Part shown: piece by piece, positions 25,263 through 39,100 of the stretch
How positions within the stretch are numbered: position 1 is the stretch's first letter
Layout of the letters: every line of letters starts with the position of its first letter
Assembly (NCBI RefSeq): GCF_006345805.1
Contig: NC_043012.1
Location: 35,402,001 to 35,466,000 of the forward strand
Source of the DNA: Octopus sinensis
Taxonomy: Eukaryota
Length of the DNA stretch: 64,000 bases
Direction of reading: 5' to 3'
Position numbers and translations under genes: made by a program
The notes under the pieces: generated by a model
The model's database searches: none
The model's input: the letters and a program-made list of their open reading frames with translations, nothing else
What the model was told of the DNA's origin: nothing

Positions 25263-26034
25263 CTTTATATTTCATCAAGGGGACACAAACTTTCAAACTG
25301 GACATGTCATTGAAGAAAAAACTCCTTATTTCAGAGAACAGTTTATATAAAACACACACACACACACAAAACAGAAAACGAATGCCAAGTTGCCATTTAA
25401 GATTCATCAGCAAAAAGTTTGAAGCCAAAATATGTTGAGAGGAAAGTGTTTTTGTGGAAATCAATTGATTGAAATAGTCTTGATTCAGCACAAAATCTGT
25501 CGACCTACTTTTAGATTAATTACATTGACAACTTTTAGCTGCGGGTCTTCCGTTCCCTTTGCACTTATGTAATGCTTTAAGAATATGGATCCCTTTCTGA
25601 GACTCCTACACTGCAACTGCCAAACTTATTCCCCAACAACACAAACATCTCTAGTCTGTTTGGCTCTGCTTTCTCCTCTCCATTTAGTGACCACCTCTAC
25701 CTACACTCTAACACGACTTACACTTCTTCCTCCCTGTCTACTTACTCTCATACAGTCATCACTCTTCCTCCCACTCACTGCCTACACTCCACTCTAACAC
25801 TAGTCCTGCCTCTTCCCTCCAGTTGCTACTCCTCCTCCTCCTTCTTCCTGCACAGGCTTGGTTGTGTGGTTAAAAGGTTTGCTTCCAATCATGTCATCCT
25901 GGGTTCAGTCCCACAGTGTGACACCATGGGCAAATGCCTTGTGCTTTATCCCTTCGCCAACCAAAGCCTCACGAGTGAATTTGGGATGCGGAAACTGGAA
26001 GAAGCCTGTCATGTATAATGTATATACATAGGCA

Positions 26035-26422
26035 TAGAAGTGGCTATGTGGTTCTGGGTTCAGTCCCACTGCATGGCACCTAGAGAAAGTGTCTTCTACT
26101 AGAGCCTCGGGCCCACCAAAGCCTTGTCAGTGGATTTGGTAGACGGAAACTGAAAGAAGCCTATCGTATATGTGTGTGTGTGTGTGTGTGCGTGTGTGCA
26201 TGTGTGTATATATGCTTGTGTGTCTGTGTTTGTCCCCCCACAGCACTTGATAACTGATGTTGGTGTGTTTACATCCCTGTAACTTAGCAGTCTGGCAAAA
26301 GAAACCAATAGAGTAAGTACTAGGCTTACAAACAATAAGTCCTGGTGTCAATTTGTTTGACTAAAGGCAGTGCCCCAGCATGGCCACAGTCAAATGACTG
26401 AAACAAATAAAAGAATAAAAGA
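26035..26422 (+). mobile_element. SINE family B
   Basis: Same head and tail as 14320-14725. Confidence 0.8.
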
Positions 26423-26811
26423 TGTGTGTGTGTGTGTTTGTATCTGTTTGCCCCACCCCCACCACTGCCACCAGTATTGCATGATAACTAGTGATGGTTT
26501 GTTTATGTCCCTGTAACTTAACAGGGAGTAATAGAATAAGTACCAGGCTTGAAGAACAAGTCCTGATGTTGAGTTATTCAACTTAAACCCTTAAAGGTAC
26601 TGCTCCAGCATGGCCATAGTCCAATAATGACTGAAACAAGTAAAAGGTGAAAGGTGAAGAAATATTCCTCCTCTTCCTCCTCCTCCTCCCACCTATGTTC
26701 ATTCACCCCTCCCCCCTCTCTCCATCAATAACACTGCCACTCCTGCTCCCCCTCCATCACCAAATTCTTGCAGTTTCCTTTCACCATTCCTCCAAATCAA
26801 CTTAGAAGTTC

Positions 26812-27000
26812 ACCACCACCACCACTCCCGCACCACCACCACCACTCCCGCACCACCACCACCACTCCCGCACCACCACCAACACTCCCGCACCACCACC
26901 ACCACTCCCGCACCACCACCACCACTCCCGCACCACCACCAACACTCCCGCACCACCACCAACACTCCCGCACCACCACCACCACTCCTGCACCGTCACC
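26812..27000. repeat. 20-bp tandem repeat (ACCACTCCCGCACCACCACC), about 9 copies
   Basis: Exact 20-nt periodicity over 26821-26990. Confidence 0.92.
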
Positions 27001-27927
27001 ACTCCCACTCCAACACCAATACCACAAACACTCCCACGCCGCCAACACCACCACTCCCACTCCTGCATCACCATCACCACTACCACACCACCACCACTCC
27101 TATTCCCCACATCACCACCACCGCCACTCCCGCACTACCACAACCATAAACATTATTCTTGTCACCCACCACATACAACCCTTACCATCATCGTCATCAT
27201 CATCATCATCATCAACTACACTACTACCACCACCATCATCACAGCCAACACACCACGACCACTACCACCATTAGCACTACCACTCCTACTGCCACCACCA
27301 CCACCACCACTAACAGGTGCTGTGACCTTGACCTATGTCAACAGCTGTAACTCTAATCAAATAATCAATAACAATCTTTTATGTTGACGAAAAAAACTTT
27401 TAATTCATTGTCAGTGGGAGGGGGTGAGGGGGCGGGGTGAGGTTACTGTCACTTACACCAAAACACCATTGGTGGTGTTGTTTAGTACCAAGATCAAAGA
27501 CGTTCCAGTAGTGACCGTCCCTAACTTTTTATTCAGAGAGACATTGTCCAAGACCAGGTTATCAATCTGTTCTTGTCTTGTTTAACCCCAGGCCAACCTT
27601 AAGCTAAAGAACCTTCATTTAAAGACGTTCTAGTCATGACTACAACTCTTTTATCCAGATCTAATCAGGGTCCCAGTAACAGGGGATGCAGGGGGTGCAA
27701 GCACACCTAAAATTTTTGGTGGGTGCAAAATCAAAATTCGCACCCCCTACTTAATTTTCCCAGGTTTAGAAAACATTGCATTAGAAGGGATTTGTAAAAA
27801 GTAGCTTCAAGTTAGGTTTCCTCTCAAAGAACAAAAATAAATGAAATAACAATAAGACCTTTATTTGTACGAAAATTCTGGACCTCGTTTTGCACCCCTT
27901 AGCAAATTTCATTCCTGAGCCAGTGGA

Positions 27928-28153
27928 TGCGAGCTGGCAGAACCGTTAGCACGCCGGACGAAATCCGTAGCCGTATTTCGTCTGCCGTTACGTTCTGAGT
28001 TCAAATTCCGCCGAGGTCGACTTTGCCTTTCATCCTTTCGGGATCGATAAATTAAGTACCAGTTACGAACTGGGGTCGATGTAATCGACTTAATCCGTGT
28101 GTCTGTCCTTGTTTGTCCCCTCTGTGTTTAGCCCCTTGTGGGCAATAAAGAAA
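27928..28153 (+). mobile_element. SINE family A
   Basis: Full head-core-tail copy. Confidence 0.88.
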
Positions 28154-28260
28154 CAGATATAATGTGTGTATTGTTCTAGATTATCTTACGTGTTTTTTCC
28201 AATTCTTTAAGACAAAACAATGTGAAGTGAGAGGAAAATGGTTGGAGATCAAGTGATAAC

Positions 28261-28750
28261 AGCATGGGTACCAGTACCCGCTCTGACACTAGGCCCTACT
28301 TATTAGAGATACCTACCTTACATGTCAGCAGCACCTCTGCAAGTTATTAGAGGTACCTATCTTAGTTCTCATTGAAACCTATCCTTGTTATTAGATGTAC
28401 CTACCTTACTTATTAGAAGTAGAGGTACCTGCCCATGTCATTTGAGTTACTTATCCTAGATACTTGGGGTACCTATCGTTGTTATTGCAGGAACCTATCC
28501 TAATAAATATAAGTACTTATACTTGTTATTAAAGGTACATACCAGAATTAGTGGAGGTACCTATCAGAGTTATTTGAGGTACCTACCCTAGTTATTAAAA
28601 GTAATGGTACTGCTCCTAGTAATTTGAGTTACTAATCCTCCTTACTAAAGGTACGTATCCTGGTTCTCATTGGTACCTGTCCAAATTATTAAGGGTATCT
28701 GTCCTCATTATCAGTAGTACCTACCCTAGGGGTAGCTATCCTACTTAATA
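28261..28750. repeat. Degenerate ~22-bp tandem repeat (GAGGTACCTATCCTTGTTATTA-like)
   Basis: Recurrent GGTACCT/GTACCT motifs with TTATT spacing. Confidence 0.7.
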
Positions 28751-29025
28751 TTGCTAACTATAATATTAGAAATACAAAATACACTTGCTCCAGTATGGCC
28801 ACAGCCTTAGGATTGAAACACGTAAAAAAATATGTAAAGCTACATTTCGTTTTGTTTCCAATGGTTCTGTTAAGCTGACAGACAGGACCTTTGGCTCGTT
28901 GGACGAAACAGCTGGAAATATTTCGTCTCTACTCGCGGCCATTTCCTTTCGGGGTCAATAAAAATGAACCATTGAGTACATTCATTCAACCTTGCCAGTC
29001 ATGGGTAATTTGTTTTTGAGAAGCA

Positions 29026-29095
29026 GGCCGCAAGAGATATGGTTCGTTATCAGCCGGGCCGCAAGAGATATGGTTCGTCATCAGCCGGGCCGCAG
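29026..29095. repeat. 31-bp tandem repeat (~2.3 copies), possibly a hAT-like subterminal remnant
   Basis: GGCCGCAAGAGATATGGTTCGTTATCAGCCG units at 29026, 29057 and 29088. Confidence 0.75.
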
Positions 29096-29641
29096 TTAGC
29101 CCGTGACCTCAACGTGTGGGACTTGAAACAACATAGGTAAAACAGAAGTTGCTATTAAAACCACGGTTGAATCCTTATTTAGCACAACCATCATCAAAGG
29201 TAATCCATCCACGATCATCTCGTCTTTTTAAAGGTTTCTAAGAATACATTTTCCATTTGTGTCCTTCTACTTTTAAGACGGCAGAATGAAATTTGATGGA
29301 GATTTGACAGCTATTTCTAGCAGACCAAGTGAGTACGGCAGAGCTGCCCTCATTGAATTTGTGGTTACTGGTCAAAACTGATTGGCAAAACCTATAATCA
29401 AAGGCATTCCAGTCGTGACTGTCCTGTCTTTTTTGTAAAGATATGTAGTTCAAAACGTTATGGCATGAATCCATATCCATCAATAATAAGTTTGAGAAAG
29501 ATTTGACCGCTTTTTCTACCAGATCGAGATTTAAGGCACCTGTTTTTATCTGGGGCGATTATTTGAGAGGATAAAAGCTTCCTGTTACACCGTGTCCTGC
29601 TCTAACTTACGGGTGGTTCTGTGTTGTTGTTGTGATGAATA

Positions 29642-29741
29642 ATGAAGGAAATCCTAGCGAAGATAGAGCAGCTACAACTGTTAACTCCCCATTCGACTTA
29701 CATCAGTTCACATAACCACATTAAACAGTTTGGTTGGTCAG
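29642..29741 (+). CDS. CHD1L: CHD1L/ALC1 coding exon 1 (MKEILAKIEQLQLLTPHSTYISSHNHIKQFGWS, phase 1)
   Basis: ATG at 29642 with A at -3; donor G|GTAATT at 29742. The 100 nt leave phase 1, matching exon 2. [14 protein letters not shown] parallels RQWGLT-G-IHLRSYQ of vertebrate CHD1L. Confidence 0.8.
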
Positions 29742-32700
29742 GTAATTTGATAATTTACAGTTTAGACAGACTTTCTCTTTTTGTTTATCGACAACCCGGT
29801 CAAAAAAAAAAAAGAAAAACCGCGGGTAAACCGTTGTTATGGCGGGGAAATCGGTGTGTTCATATACGTACACGTAGATACCTACAAACATACTCTTATA
29901 TATACTTATAAATTACCGTTAGCATTATTTTAACGGTTATTTGTATTTCTGAGTTTAGTTTCAGTTCTTTTATGTTGACAGTCAATGTAATTTTCTGTCA
30001 GTATTTTCTATTTCTACTGCGCAGAAACTCAATGGGTCAATCTCTCTCACTCTCTCTCACGCGCACACACACACACATATATATATACGTGTGTTAACAT
30101 GTATAACAAAAGCTTTTAATTCACAGAATAAATATTGAGTCGTGAGGGTTCCTCACAGCTTAAAATTATTTCACTCTGAACTGTTTTTTTTTTAAATTTA
30201 TTTGCCAATACAAGCCATTTCCAGTTTCGTTCGATTTTACTGCTTCATTCAAAAACGTACAATTTCTTTATTTTAAAACACCTTATCGTCTCACCTGCGT
30301 ATCTAGCTATCCTTGCATTTCCTGCTATCTACATAATTTTTAGTTGCACATACAACCGACTTACAAAAAGTATTTTATATCACATTTCTCGATAGTCGTG
30401 ACTAAAACTAAATCTCCATAAACTACCGACTGTAAACCTCCGTTTCTTTTTATATATTATTATTAATAATAACTTCCTTAGATACTGACAACTATTTCTA
30501 TCGACTTTTCTAAAGTATACATCCTGACCAACTAACTTAGTGAACTGTGCCTCCATTTACAACAATATGCTGCAAAATGAAACCCACTTTCTATTCAGAA
30601 ATACAAAAACTGAAGTCCTTGAATAACAAGTGAACAAGTCCAACATAAAGAGGCAAGAACCAATGAAAAGTAGTTGCGCTGTTCTCTGGTTCGTTCCCTA
30701 GAGAGGGCAATTATTTCACCACAATATAGCTCACCGTGTTTATTATCATTTATCTTTTACTTGTTACAATCATTTGACTGCGGCCATGCTGGGGCACCAT
30801 CTTGAATATTTTTTTAGTCGAATGAATCGAATCCTCGTACTTATTCCGTCGTATCCTCTTGCCGAACGGCTAAGTTCCGGGGATGTAGACACACCAGTAC
30901 CGGTTGGGGTACAGACACGCACCTGGGTACCCTTTTGTGAACTTGCTACTGTCTCTGGAAGAGAGACTTCACTGTTATGATTCTATGTAACAACTGGCAT
31001 GGTTATGTGGTAAAGAATTTGGTTTGTAACTACGTGGTTTCAGGTTCAATCGTGCTAAACCTCATCTTGGGCAAGCTTAAGATCGACCAAAGTGTCTTGA
31101 GTAACACTTGGTTGATGGAAACTGTATGGAAGCCTATCTGTGGCTGTTCCAGTGTTTGATGGTAATCTGTCCTTAACACCATCACCTCATGCCTTATATT
31201 TGCCTTCAGCAGAGTTCACTGTTTCTAACTCTAAGGCCAGGTCCCTGGTATGAGGATAACATCTTCCACAAGGGTCACAAAGACCCCAAAAAGAATCAAG
31301 GAGCTGTCTTTCTTCCTCTGAGTAAGCCATTAAAAAAATGTCCTACACTAAAGTAGGAAAGGTCATGGTAGGAATAGTAGTTAAATTACTATCCAAATGT
31401 GCTGGCCATTATATATGTATCTCATCTTTTATGTCAGCCATGAGACTGTGGCCCCGCTGGAGCACTATCTTGAAGAATTTTTAGTTGAATAAATCAACCC
31501 TGGTACTTATTGTATTGATCTCTTTTGTTGAACCCCTAAGTTATGAGCGACATAAACGCATCAACACCAGTTGCCAAGTAGTAGTGAGAGGCAAACAAAG
31601 AGACACACACACAAAGGGCTTCTTCCTGTTTCCGTCTACCAAATCCACACAGAAGCCTTTGGCTGGCCTGTGTCTATAGTAGAGGACACTTGTCCAAGGT
31701 ACCACACAGTGGGACTGAACTCAGAACCATGCCATTATACGAACATGCTGGTGTATATAAGCTACAGTGTAGAGAAATACATGGGTGTATATTTATCGAT
31801 GTCATCATCGTTTGTTTATATTTGTGTTCCTCTAAAAGTCACTCAGCCAGCAGTGACATCTTCAAAGGGGGAAAAGCCAGCAGATGACTTTGTTGGTGAG
31901 TTATCTGCTAGTTGTGTGTCTATGAAGACTTGTGAAGTAAGAGATCCCTTATTTGAAAAGCATGTAAGAGTTAGTGACAGGAAGAGCACCTGGCAGCAAA
32001 ACAACACCTCAATAATATATTCATCCTACTCATCATCATCATCGTTTAATGTCCGCTTTCCATGCTAGCATGGGTTGGCCGATTTTGACTGAGGGCTGGC
32101 GAACCAGACGGCTGCACCAGGCTCCAATCTTGATTTGGCAGAGTTTCTACAGCTGGATGCCCTTCCTAATGCCAACCACCCTGAGAGTGTAGTGGGTGCT
32201 TTTTACGTGCCACCGGCATGGGGGCTAGTCAGGCAGTACTGGCAATGACCTCGCTCAAATCTTTGTACACATGCCACCAGCACAGGTGCCAGTAAGGTGA
32301 CTTGTAACTCATGCTAGCATAAAGAAATGGATGTAAAACTTTACAAATGATGTATGTATATCGTCATTATAAATTTTTAATATCCACTTTTTCATGATAG
32401 CAAGGATCCAACAAGACCTATTAAGGCAAGATTTTCTGCAGCTGGATGTCCTTCCTGTCACCAATCCTCATAAGTTTCCAAGTAAAATACTGTTGCTTCT
32501 AGTCTTTCTAATGGCCAGCCATGTCTGATTGTAAACAATACTATCCAACACCAATGATATTGTTTACAAAGCCTGCAAGCTTCTTCTTGTTCAACCACTT
32601 AAGTGTCTGCTGGATGTGTTTTATTGTGGCACCAGCACCAGTGGGGTTGTCTTGTATCCTACATGACTAAAGAGTCTTCACTACTTTATAGTGTCTCTGT

Positions 32701-33125
32701 TTATTCAAAACAGGATAACTGAGTGGGTGAATAGAGAAGAGAGAAATAACAGGAAGACTGGGATGAGTGGTTAAAGGAAGGAAGAATATGGTGAGAGAAA
32801 CAATGAATGGAGTTAGCTGGTAGTAGAGGATGGGTCATGTAAAAGAGATAGTAAGGGAGGGAGTGATGGAAGAGATGTAGTGATGGTAGCTACATGTTTA
32901 GTGGTGTGAGAGGGGGATTAAATGATGGGGCGGTATTAGTGGTTAATGAGGGTAAGAGAATGAGATGATTGTTAGTAATGAGTTGCCTGGGAGAGAGGAA
33001 GTGATGACTGACAGAACAGAAAGGGTTGTTGTAGGGTGTATCAAATACAAGTTGATCTAATATTGTGATTCAAATATCATGATGGGAGAGAGGTAGGGAG
33101 GGAAGGGTGGTGGTATAATCCAGAG

Positions 33126-33345
33126 TAAGGCGGCAAGCTGGCAGAATCGTTATCACGCCGGGCGAAATGCTTCGTGGTATTTCGTCTACTGCTACGTTCT
33201 GAGTTCAAATTCTGCCGAGGTCGACTTTGCCTTTCATCCTATCGGGGTCAATAAATTAAGTACCAGTTACGCACTAGGGTCGATATAATTGACTTAATCC
33301 GTTTGTCCTCTCTGTGTTTAGCCCCTTGTGGGTAGTAAAGAAATA
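33126..33345 (+). mobile_element. SINE family A with a 14-bp TSD
   Basis: ggtataatccagag (33112-33125) and ggtataatccggag (33346-33359). Confidence 0.9.
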
Positions 33346-34619
33346 GGTATAATCCGGAGAAGTCCAATACCTTCCCTTGTTAGCTTGGTACAGTGAATAG
33401 GAGAGAGAGGATGTGTGGTTTGGACAAATTCATTGCCATCCCAGGTTACATAGGCAGAATGTTGCAGTGGACAGGGAAAATTTAGTGCCACCTCTATATA
33501 TGGAGACAGTGGAGAAAATATAAGTGATGGAGAGGTGAGTAGGTGAGGGTGAGGCTGGAGGAACAGCAGATAACTGAAATGAGGGATTCAAATGTAGACC
33601 CCCTATATCTCCCAGCCGTCATCACTTCCACTATTCCAACCTTTGTTATTCCATTCTTGCCTGGGTGCATGTGCCTCCTCTGGCACCCTGTGTCGTGTCA
33701 GTCAGTCATTGCCATTGTGCCATCTCCTTTATGACATTCAGTATCCTGGGGCCAATCTGCACCACATAACTCCAAGTCTTTCTGCAGATTCCATCTACTT
33801 TGAGTATCCTACGCTTCTTCATACAACTGCTACCCTCCGCACGTATCTACCCTTCATATACCCATACCAATGCAGTCTTCCCTCTTACTACAACTAATTC
33901 TTCTTGCACCCGATTTTTCTCTCAACCCAGTTGTGCTCTGTTGTTCATTAACATTATTTATCCAGCAATGGGGGTAAGCTGGCGGAATCATTAACACAAC
34001 GGGCAAAATGCTTAGCGACATTTTATTTGGCTTTATGTTCTGAGTTCAAATTCCACCAAAGTCGACTTTGCCTTTCAACCTTTCAGGGTCGATAGAATAA
34101 GTACCAGTTGCACACTGGTGCCAATGTAATCGACTTACCCCCTCCCCATCCTTGCTGGCCTTGTACCAAAATTTGAAATCACCATCATTTGTCCAACAGA
34201 TTATTCTCATTTGATTTCTTCTTTCTAGTCTTTGCAATTCCTCTGCATTCAGCGCCTGTGTCTTGCTACTCGGCCATATTGTAACGGTTACACAAATGTC
34301 ATACAAACTTCTCTTCAATCTGGGGAAGAAACCCTTTATTACCAACATAGTTAATTGTTCCCTGAACTTTTTTCCCCACTCATTCTTACTCTGGTTACCA
34401 TACTTTCACAACACCCACCTCCACCCCTAATTATGTCAATAATAGGGAGCTGAGAGGCAGCAAGCTGGCAGAATTGTTAGCATGCTGGGCAAAATGCTTA
34501 GTGACACTTTGTCCATCTTGACATTCTAAGTTCAAATTCCTCCAAGGCTGTTACTGCTCACAAATTTAGGACATGGAAGATTGGTTGTAGGGGAGAGGTT
34601 TGCCAAGGATCAGACTGTT

Positions 34620-35080
34620 GCAGGGACATGGACATAAACACTATCCCTTGATGGTCTCGACCTTACTTGACTGGGTCTTCTTAAGCAAATCCCCAATCAT
34701 CTCAGTCCTTTATCATCTCGTCTGTGAGGCTCAACATCTGAACATCACATCCACAGGTTCCCTCCACATTTAGAGATCAGCACTCCTTTACGCAGCCGTC
34801 CTCACCCATATGCATTGCATGACCGTACCAGCACAGCCTTCTCTTTTACACACTACATTTAATGCCTCTCATATTCAGTTTTTCTCTCAAATTATTTACA
34901 CTTTGTCACACTGGCACACTGACATTGCACGTCCGGCAGAGCATGCTGACTTCATTTCTTTCAGCCATTCACATGCCTTCTGCAGATGCAGCCCACATTT
35001 CACTATCATGAAGCTCAGTTGATCGTACACAAGCATTGTAGACAGACAGACAGACCTCCATGTCTTGTAATGCTATAAAT
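34620..35080 (-). mobile_element. Old RTE 3' ORF fragment
   Basis: Diverged similarity to 36900-37300. Confidence 0.55.
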
Positions 35081-35844
35081 CCTTATGTTGGATTCTGAGT
35101 TTTATTTTATTGCTATGAAAGGACAGCAATCACCCATGCTTACCCATGCATTCAAATCACCACGCCTTCAATGTTTTCCCATGGGAAAGAGTTAAAAATT
35201 GACACAAATGTTGTCACAGATGTTGCCTTAGGAACCTGAAGTGTTGATACACAGATTGTGTAAGGCAACCTTGCTGAAAGATTCACTGGAATAGAGTTGA
35301 GCTAAGATTCAACAACCCAATGCAACATGCTTAGCTGTTTTTAGTCAGTTTCCAGTAGGTTCTGGGTTCAGATCTCATCGACATCCAACTTTATCTTTCT
35401 TCCTTCCATGGTTAATAAAATAATTAAGTCCTAATTACTGATGTCAGTATAACAAACGTCCCCACCCCTACACATTTCTTTTTTTTACTTTCTTCCTATT
35501 GTAGAAATTATTACCCAGGGTGTGTATTCTGGGTGGGCTTGGTGGGGGCCGCACACCCAGCCAAGATGGTAAATCTTTATACTAATTCTGGCACAGGTAT
35601 GGCTGTCGTTAATAAGTTTGCTTTGCAAACCATGTAGTTTTAAGTTCAATCCTCCTGTGTGGCACTTTGGGCAAGTATCTTCTATGTCCCCAGGCTGAAC
35701 AAAGCCTTGTGAGTGGGTTTGGCAAATGGAAACTGAAAGAAGCCCATTGTGTGTGTGTGATGTTATTTGTTGGATTGTGATTGCATCTTATTTTGTTGAG
35801 TTATGATTGTATGTTCTGTATGGCTTATGTTTGATTTATAGTCT

Positions 35845-36180
35845 TTTATTCTTGTTTCAGTTGTTTGACTGTGGCCGTGCTGGAGCACCGCCTTTAGTCA
35901 AGCAAATCGACCCCAAGACTTATTCTTTGTAAGCCTAGTACTTATTCTATCGGTCTCTTTTGCCAAATTACTCAGTTGCAGGGATGTAAACACACCAGCA
36001 TTGGTGGGACAGACAAATACACACACACAAACATATATACAACAGGCTTCTTTCAGTTTCCATCTACCAAATCCATTCACAAGACTTTGGTTGTCCCAAG
36101 ACTATAATAGAAGGCAGTGGGACTGAACCTGGAACCATGTGATTGGTAAGCAAGCTACTAACCACACACTCCTGTGCCTA
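35845..36180 (-). mobile_element. SINE family B
   Basis: Reverse complement of the family B head and tail. Confidence 0.8.
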
Positions 36181-36184
36181 TATA

Positions 36185-39100
36185 TCATCATCATTATCAT
36201 CGTTTAACGTCTGCTTTTCATGCTAGCATGGGTTGGACGATTTTGACTGAGGGCTGGCGAACCAGATGGTTACACCAGGCTCCAATCTTGATTTGGCAGA
36301 GTTTCTACAGCTGTATGCCCTTCCTAACACCAACCACTCCGAGAGTGTAGTGGGTGCTTTTACGTGCCACTGGCATGGGGGCCAGTCAGGCGGTACTGGC
36401 AGCAACCTCACTCGAATCCTTTTACACATGCCACTAGCACAGGTACCAGTAAGGTGACTTTGGTAACGATCACGCTCGAATGGTGCCCTTTTACGTGCCA
36501 CTGGCACGGAAGCCAGTTGGCTGCTCTGACAATGATCACACTCGGATGGTGCTCTTGGCACCCTACTAGCACGGGCACAAGTGCCAGTCAGGCGACACTG
36601 GTGACGATCACGCTCGAATGGTGCCCTTTAAGTGCCACTGGCACGGAAGCCGGTTAGCTGCTCTGTCAATGATCACACTCGTATGGTGCTCTTTGCAACC
36701 TGCCAGCACAGACGCCAGTCATCGATTTTGATTTTGCTTTTAATTGATTTGATTTCACTTGCCTCAACAGGTCTTCGCAAGCAGAGTTTTAGTGACCAAA
36801 GAAGGAAAAGGTTACGCACAAGTGGGCTGGTTACGCCCCTGGCATAGGCCATGAGATTATGGTTTCATTTGGCTTGTCGGGTCTTCTCACGCACGGCATA
36901 TTTCCAAAGGTCTCGGTCACTAGTCATTTCCTTGGTGAGGCCTAAAGTTCGAAGGTCGTGCTTCACCACTTCATCCGAGGTCTTCTTGGGTCTACCTCTT
37001 CCACAGGTTCCCTCAACCGCGAAGGTGTGGCACTTTTTCACACAGCTGACCTCATCCATTCTCGCCACATGACAATACCAGCACAGTCGTCTCTCTTGCA
37101 CACCACATCTGATGCTTCTTAGGTCCAACCTTTCTCTCAAGGTACTTACACTCTGTTGAGTATGCACACTGACTTTACACATCCATCGGATCGTACTGGC
37201 TTCATTCCTTGTGAGCTTACGCAAATCCTCAGCAGTCACAGCCCATGTTTCACTGCCATGTAGCATGGCTGTTCGTACACAAGTGTCATACAGTCTACCT
37301 TTTACTCTGAACGAGAGGCCCTTTGTCGCCAGTAGAGGTAAGAGCTCTCTGAACTTTGCCCAAGCTATTCTTATTCTAGCAGCTACACTTTCAGTGCACC
37401 CACCTCCGCTACTGACTTGGTCCCCTAGATAAAGGAAGCTATCAACCACTTCTAGTTTTTCTCCCTGGAATGAGGCGGAAGTTGGTCTCTGCGCATTTTC
37501 AGTGTTTATTGCTCCTGAGTATCTGCCACATACAAAAACTTTCTTTCCAGTTGTTGTTTGATATTGCTGCGCCTCTTATGTGTCCATAGCTTACACTGGG
37601 TACATCTTATAGAGTTTCTACCTACGCCTCTACTACATATTGAACAGGGCCATCTACCTGAAGGGATTTGTGGTTTGCCTCCCTTCCTACATATTAGATT
37701 TTTGGTTTTAGCTAAGTTGATTCTGAGGCCCTTCGATTCTAATCCTTGTCTCCACACTTGAAACTTTGCCTCTAGTTCTGATAGTAACTCAGCAATTAGA
37801 GCAAGGTCATCAGCATATAGGAGCTCCCAGGGGCATCCTGTCTTGAATTCCTCTGTTATTGCCTGGAGAACTATGATAAATAGGATGGGGCTGAAGACTG
37901 AACCTTGGTGGACCCCTACATCTACCCTGAATTCTTCAGTGTACTCATTGCCAACCCTCACCTTTCTTACAGCGTCCCTGTACATGGCTTGCACAGCTCT
38001 CACTAACCATTCATCTATCCCTAGTTTCCTCATTGACAACCAGATAAGGGATCGGGGGACCCTGTCAAAGGCTTTCTCCATGTCAACGAAAGCCAGGTAC
38101 AGGGCTTATCTTTGACTAGGTATTTCTCCTGCAGCTGTCTTACCAGAAATATGGCATCAGTGGTGCTTTTCCCTGGCACAAAACCAAACTGCATCTCATC
38201 CAAGCTGACTCTCTCCCGAATCAGTTGGGCTATGACCCTCTCCGTAACCTTCATTACCTGATCCAACAGCTTGATACCTCTGTAATTATTTGTATCTAAA
38301 GCGTCACCTTTACCTTTGTAGCAGTTAACTATTATACTGCTACACCAGTCATTGGGTATGACTCCTTCGTGTATCACCTGGTTGACTATACGGGTGACTA
38401 GGCTATAGCCAACACTATCAGATATTTTAAGCATCTCTGCAGTAATTCCTGATGGGCCTGGGGCTTTCTATGTCTTCATGCTTCTAATTGCTTTAACTAC
38501 CAAGGAACTGTCAACTCGGATAGCTGGTCCCTCTGTTGGGTCAACATTCGGCAGACTCTTTTTATCCCATTCATTTTCCTTATTCAGCAACCTTTCATAA
38601 TGGTGTCTCCAAACCTCTCTCTTTGCATCCTCATTCAGCGCAAATGAACCATCATCCATGCGAACACATTTCTCACCTACCACGTCACGATTCTCTCTCG
38701 CACACTGTGTTGCCACACGAAATACCTCAAGTCTTTCATCCTCATGGCGCAGAACATTGGCAAATTTTTTCTTATCTGCTTCCCCTCTGGCTAAATAAAC
38801 CTGCCTCCTAGCTTCCCTCCTGGCAGTCTGATACACTTCCCTGCTATCACCGTTCTTCCAGTCCTTCCAAGCCTGTTTCTTTTGTCTAATAGCCCTGTCA
38901 ACAACATTGTTCCACTACTACGTTATTTTGGGTCGGGAGGGGACTTTGCACCATCCACAGATCTGGTCGGTGGCCCTTAGCAGGTTGTCCTGTAGGAACC
39001 TCCAGTTGTCTTCTGTACCATGTGAAGCTATATCCCCTTCTATTTTGTCAAAGGCTTCGAGTAATATGCCTCTAAATCTCTGTCCATTTGCAGGATCTTT

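Noticed and set aside
27200-27350. RCCDLDLCQQL* resembling a Ly6/three-finger C-terminus
   Set aside because: Lacks the CN ending, no upstream Cys-rich exons found, and it follows a low-complexity tract.
27666-27920. Possible hAT-type MITE with GGGTGCA/TGCACCC motifs
   Set aside because: No convincing terminal inverted repeats or 8-bp TSD could be defined.
29238-29483. 81-aa minus-strand ORF as a divergent gene at the CHD1L promoter
   Set aside because: Lies in repeat-like sequence, with no homology or splice support.
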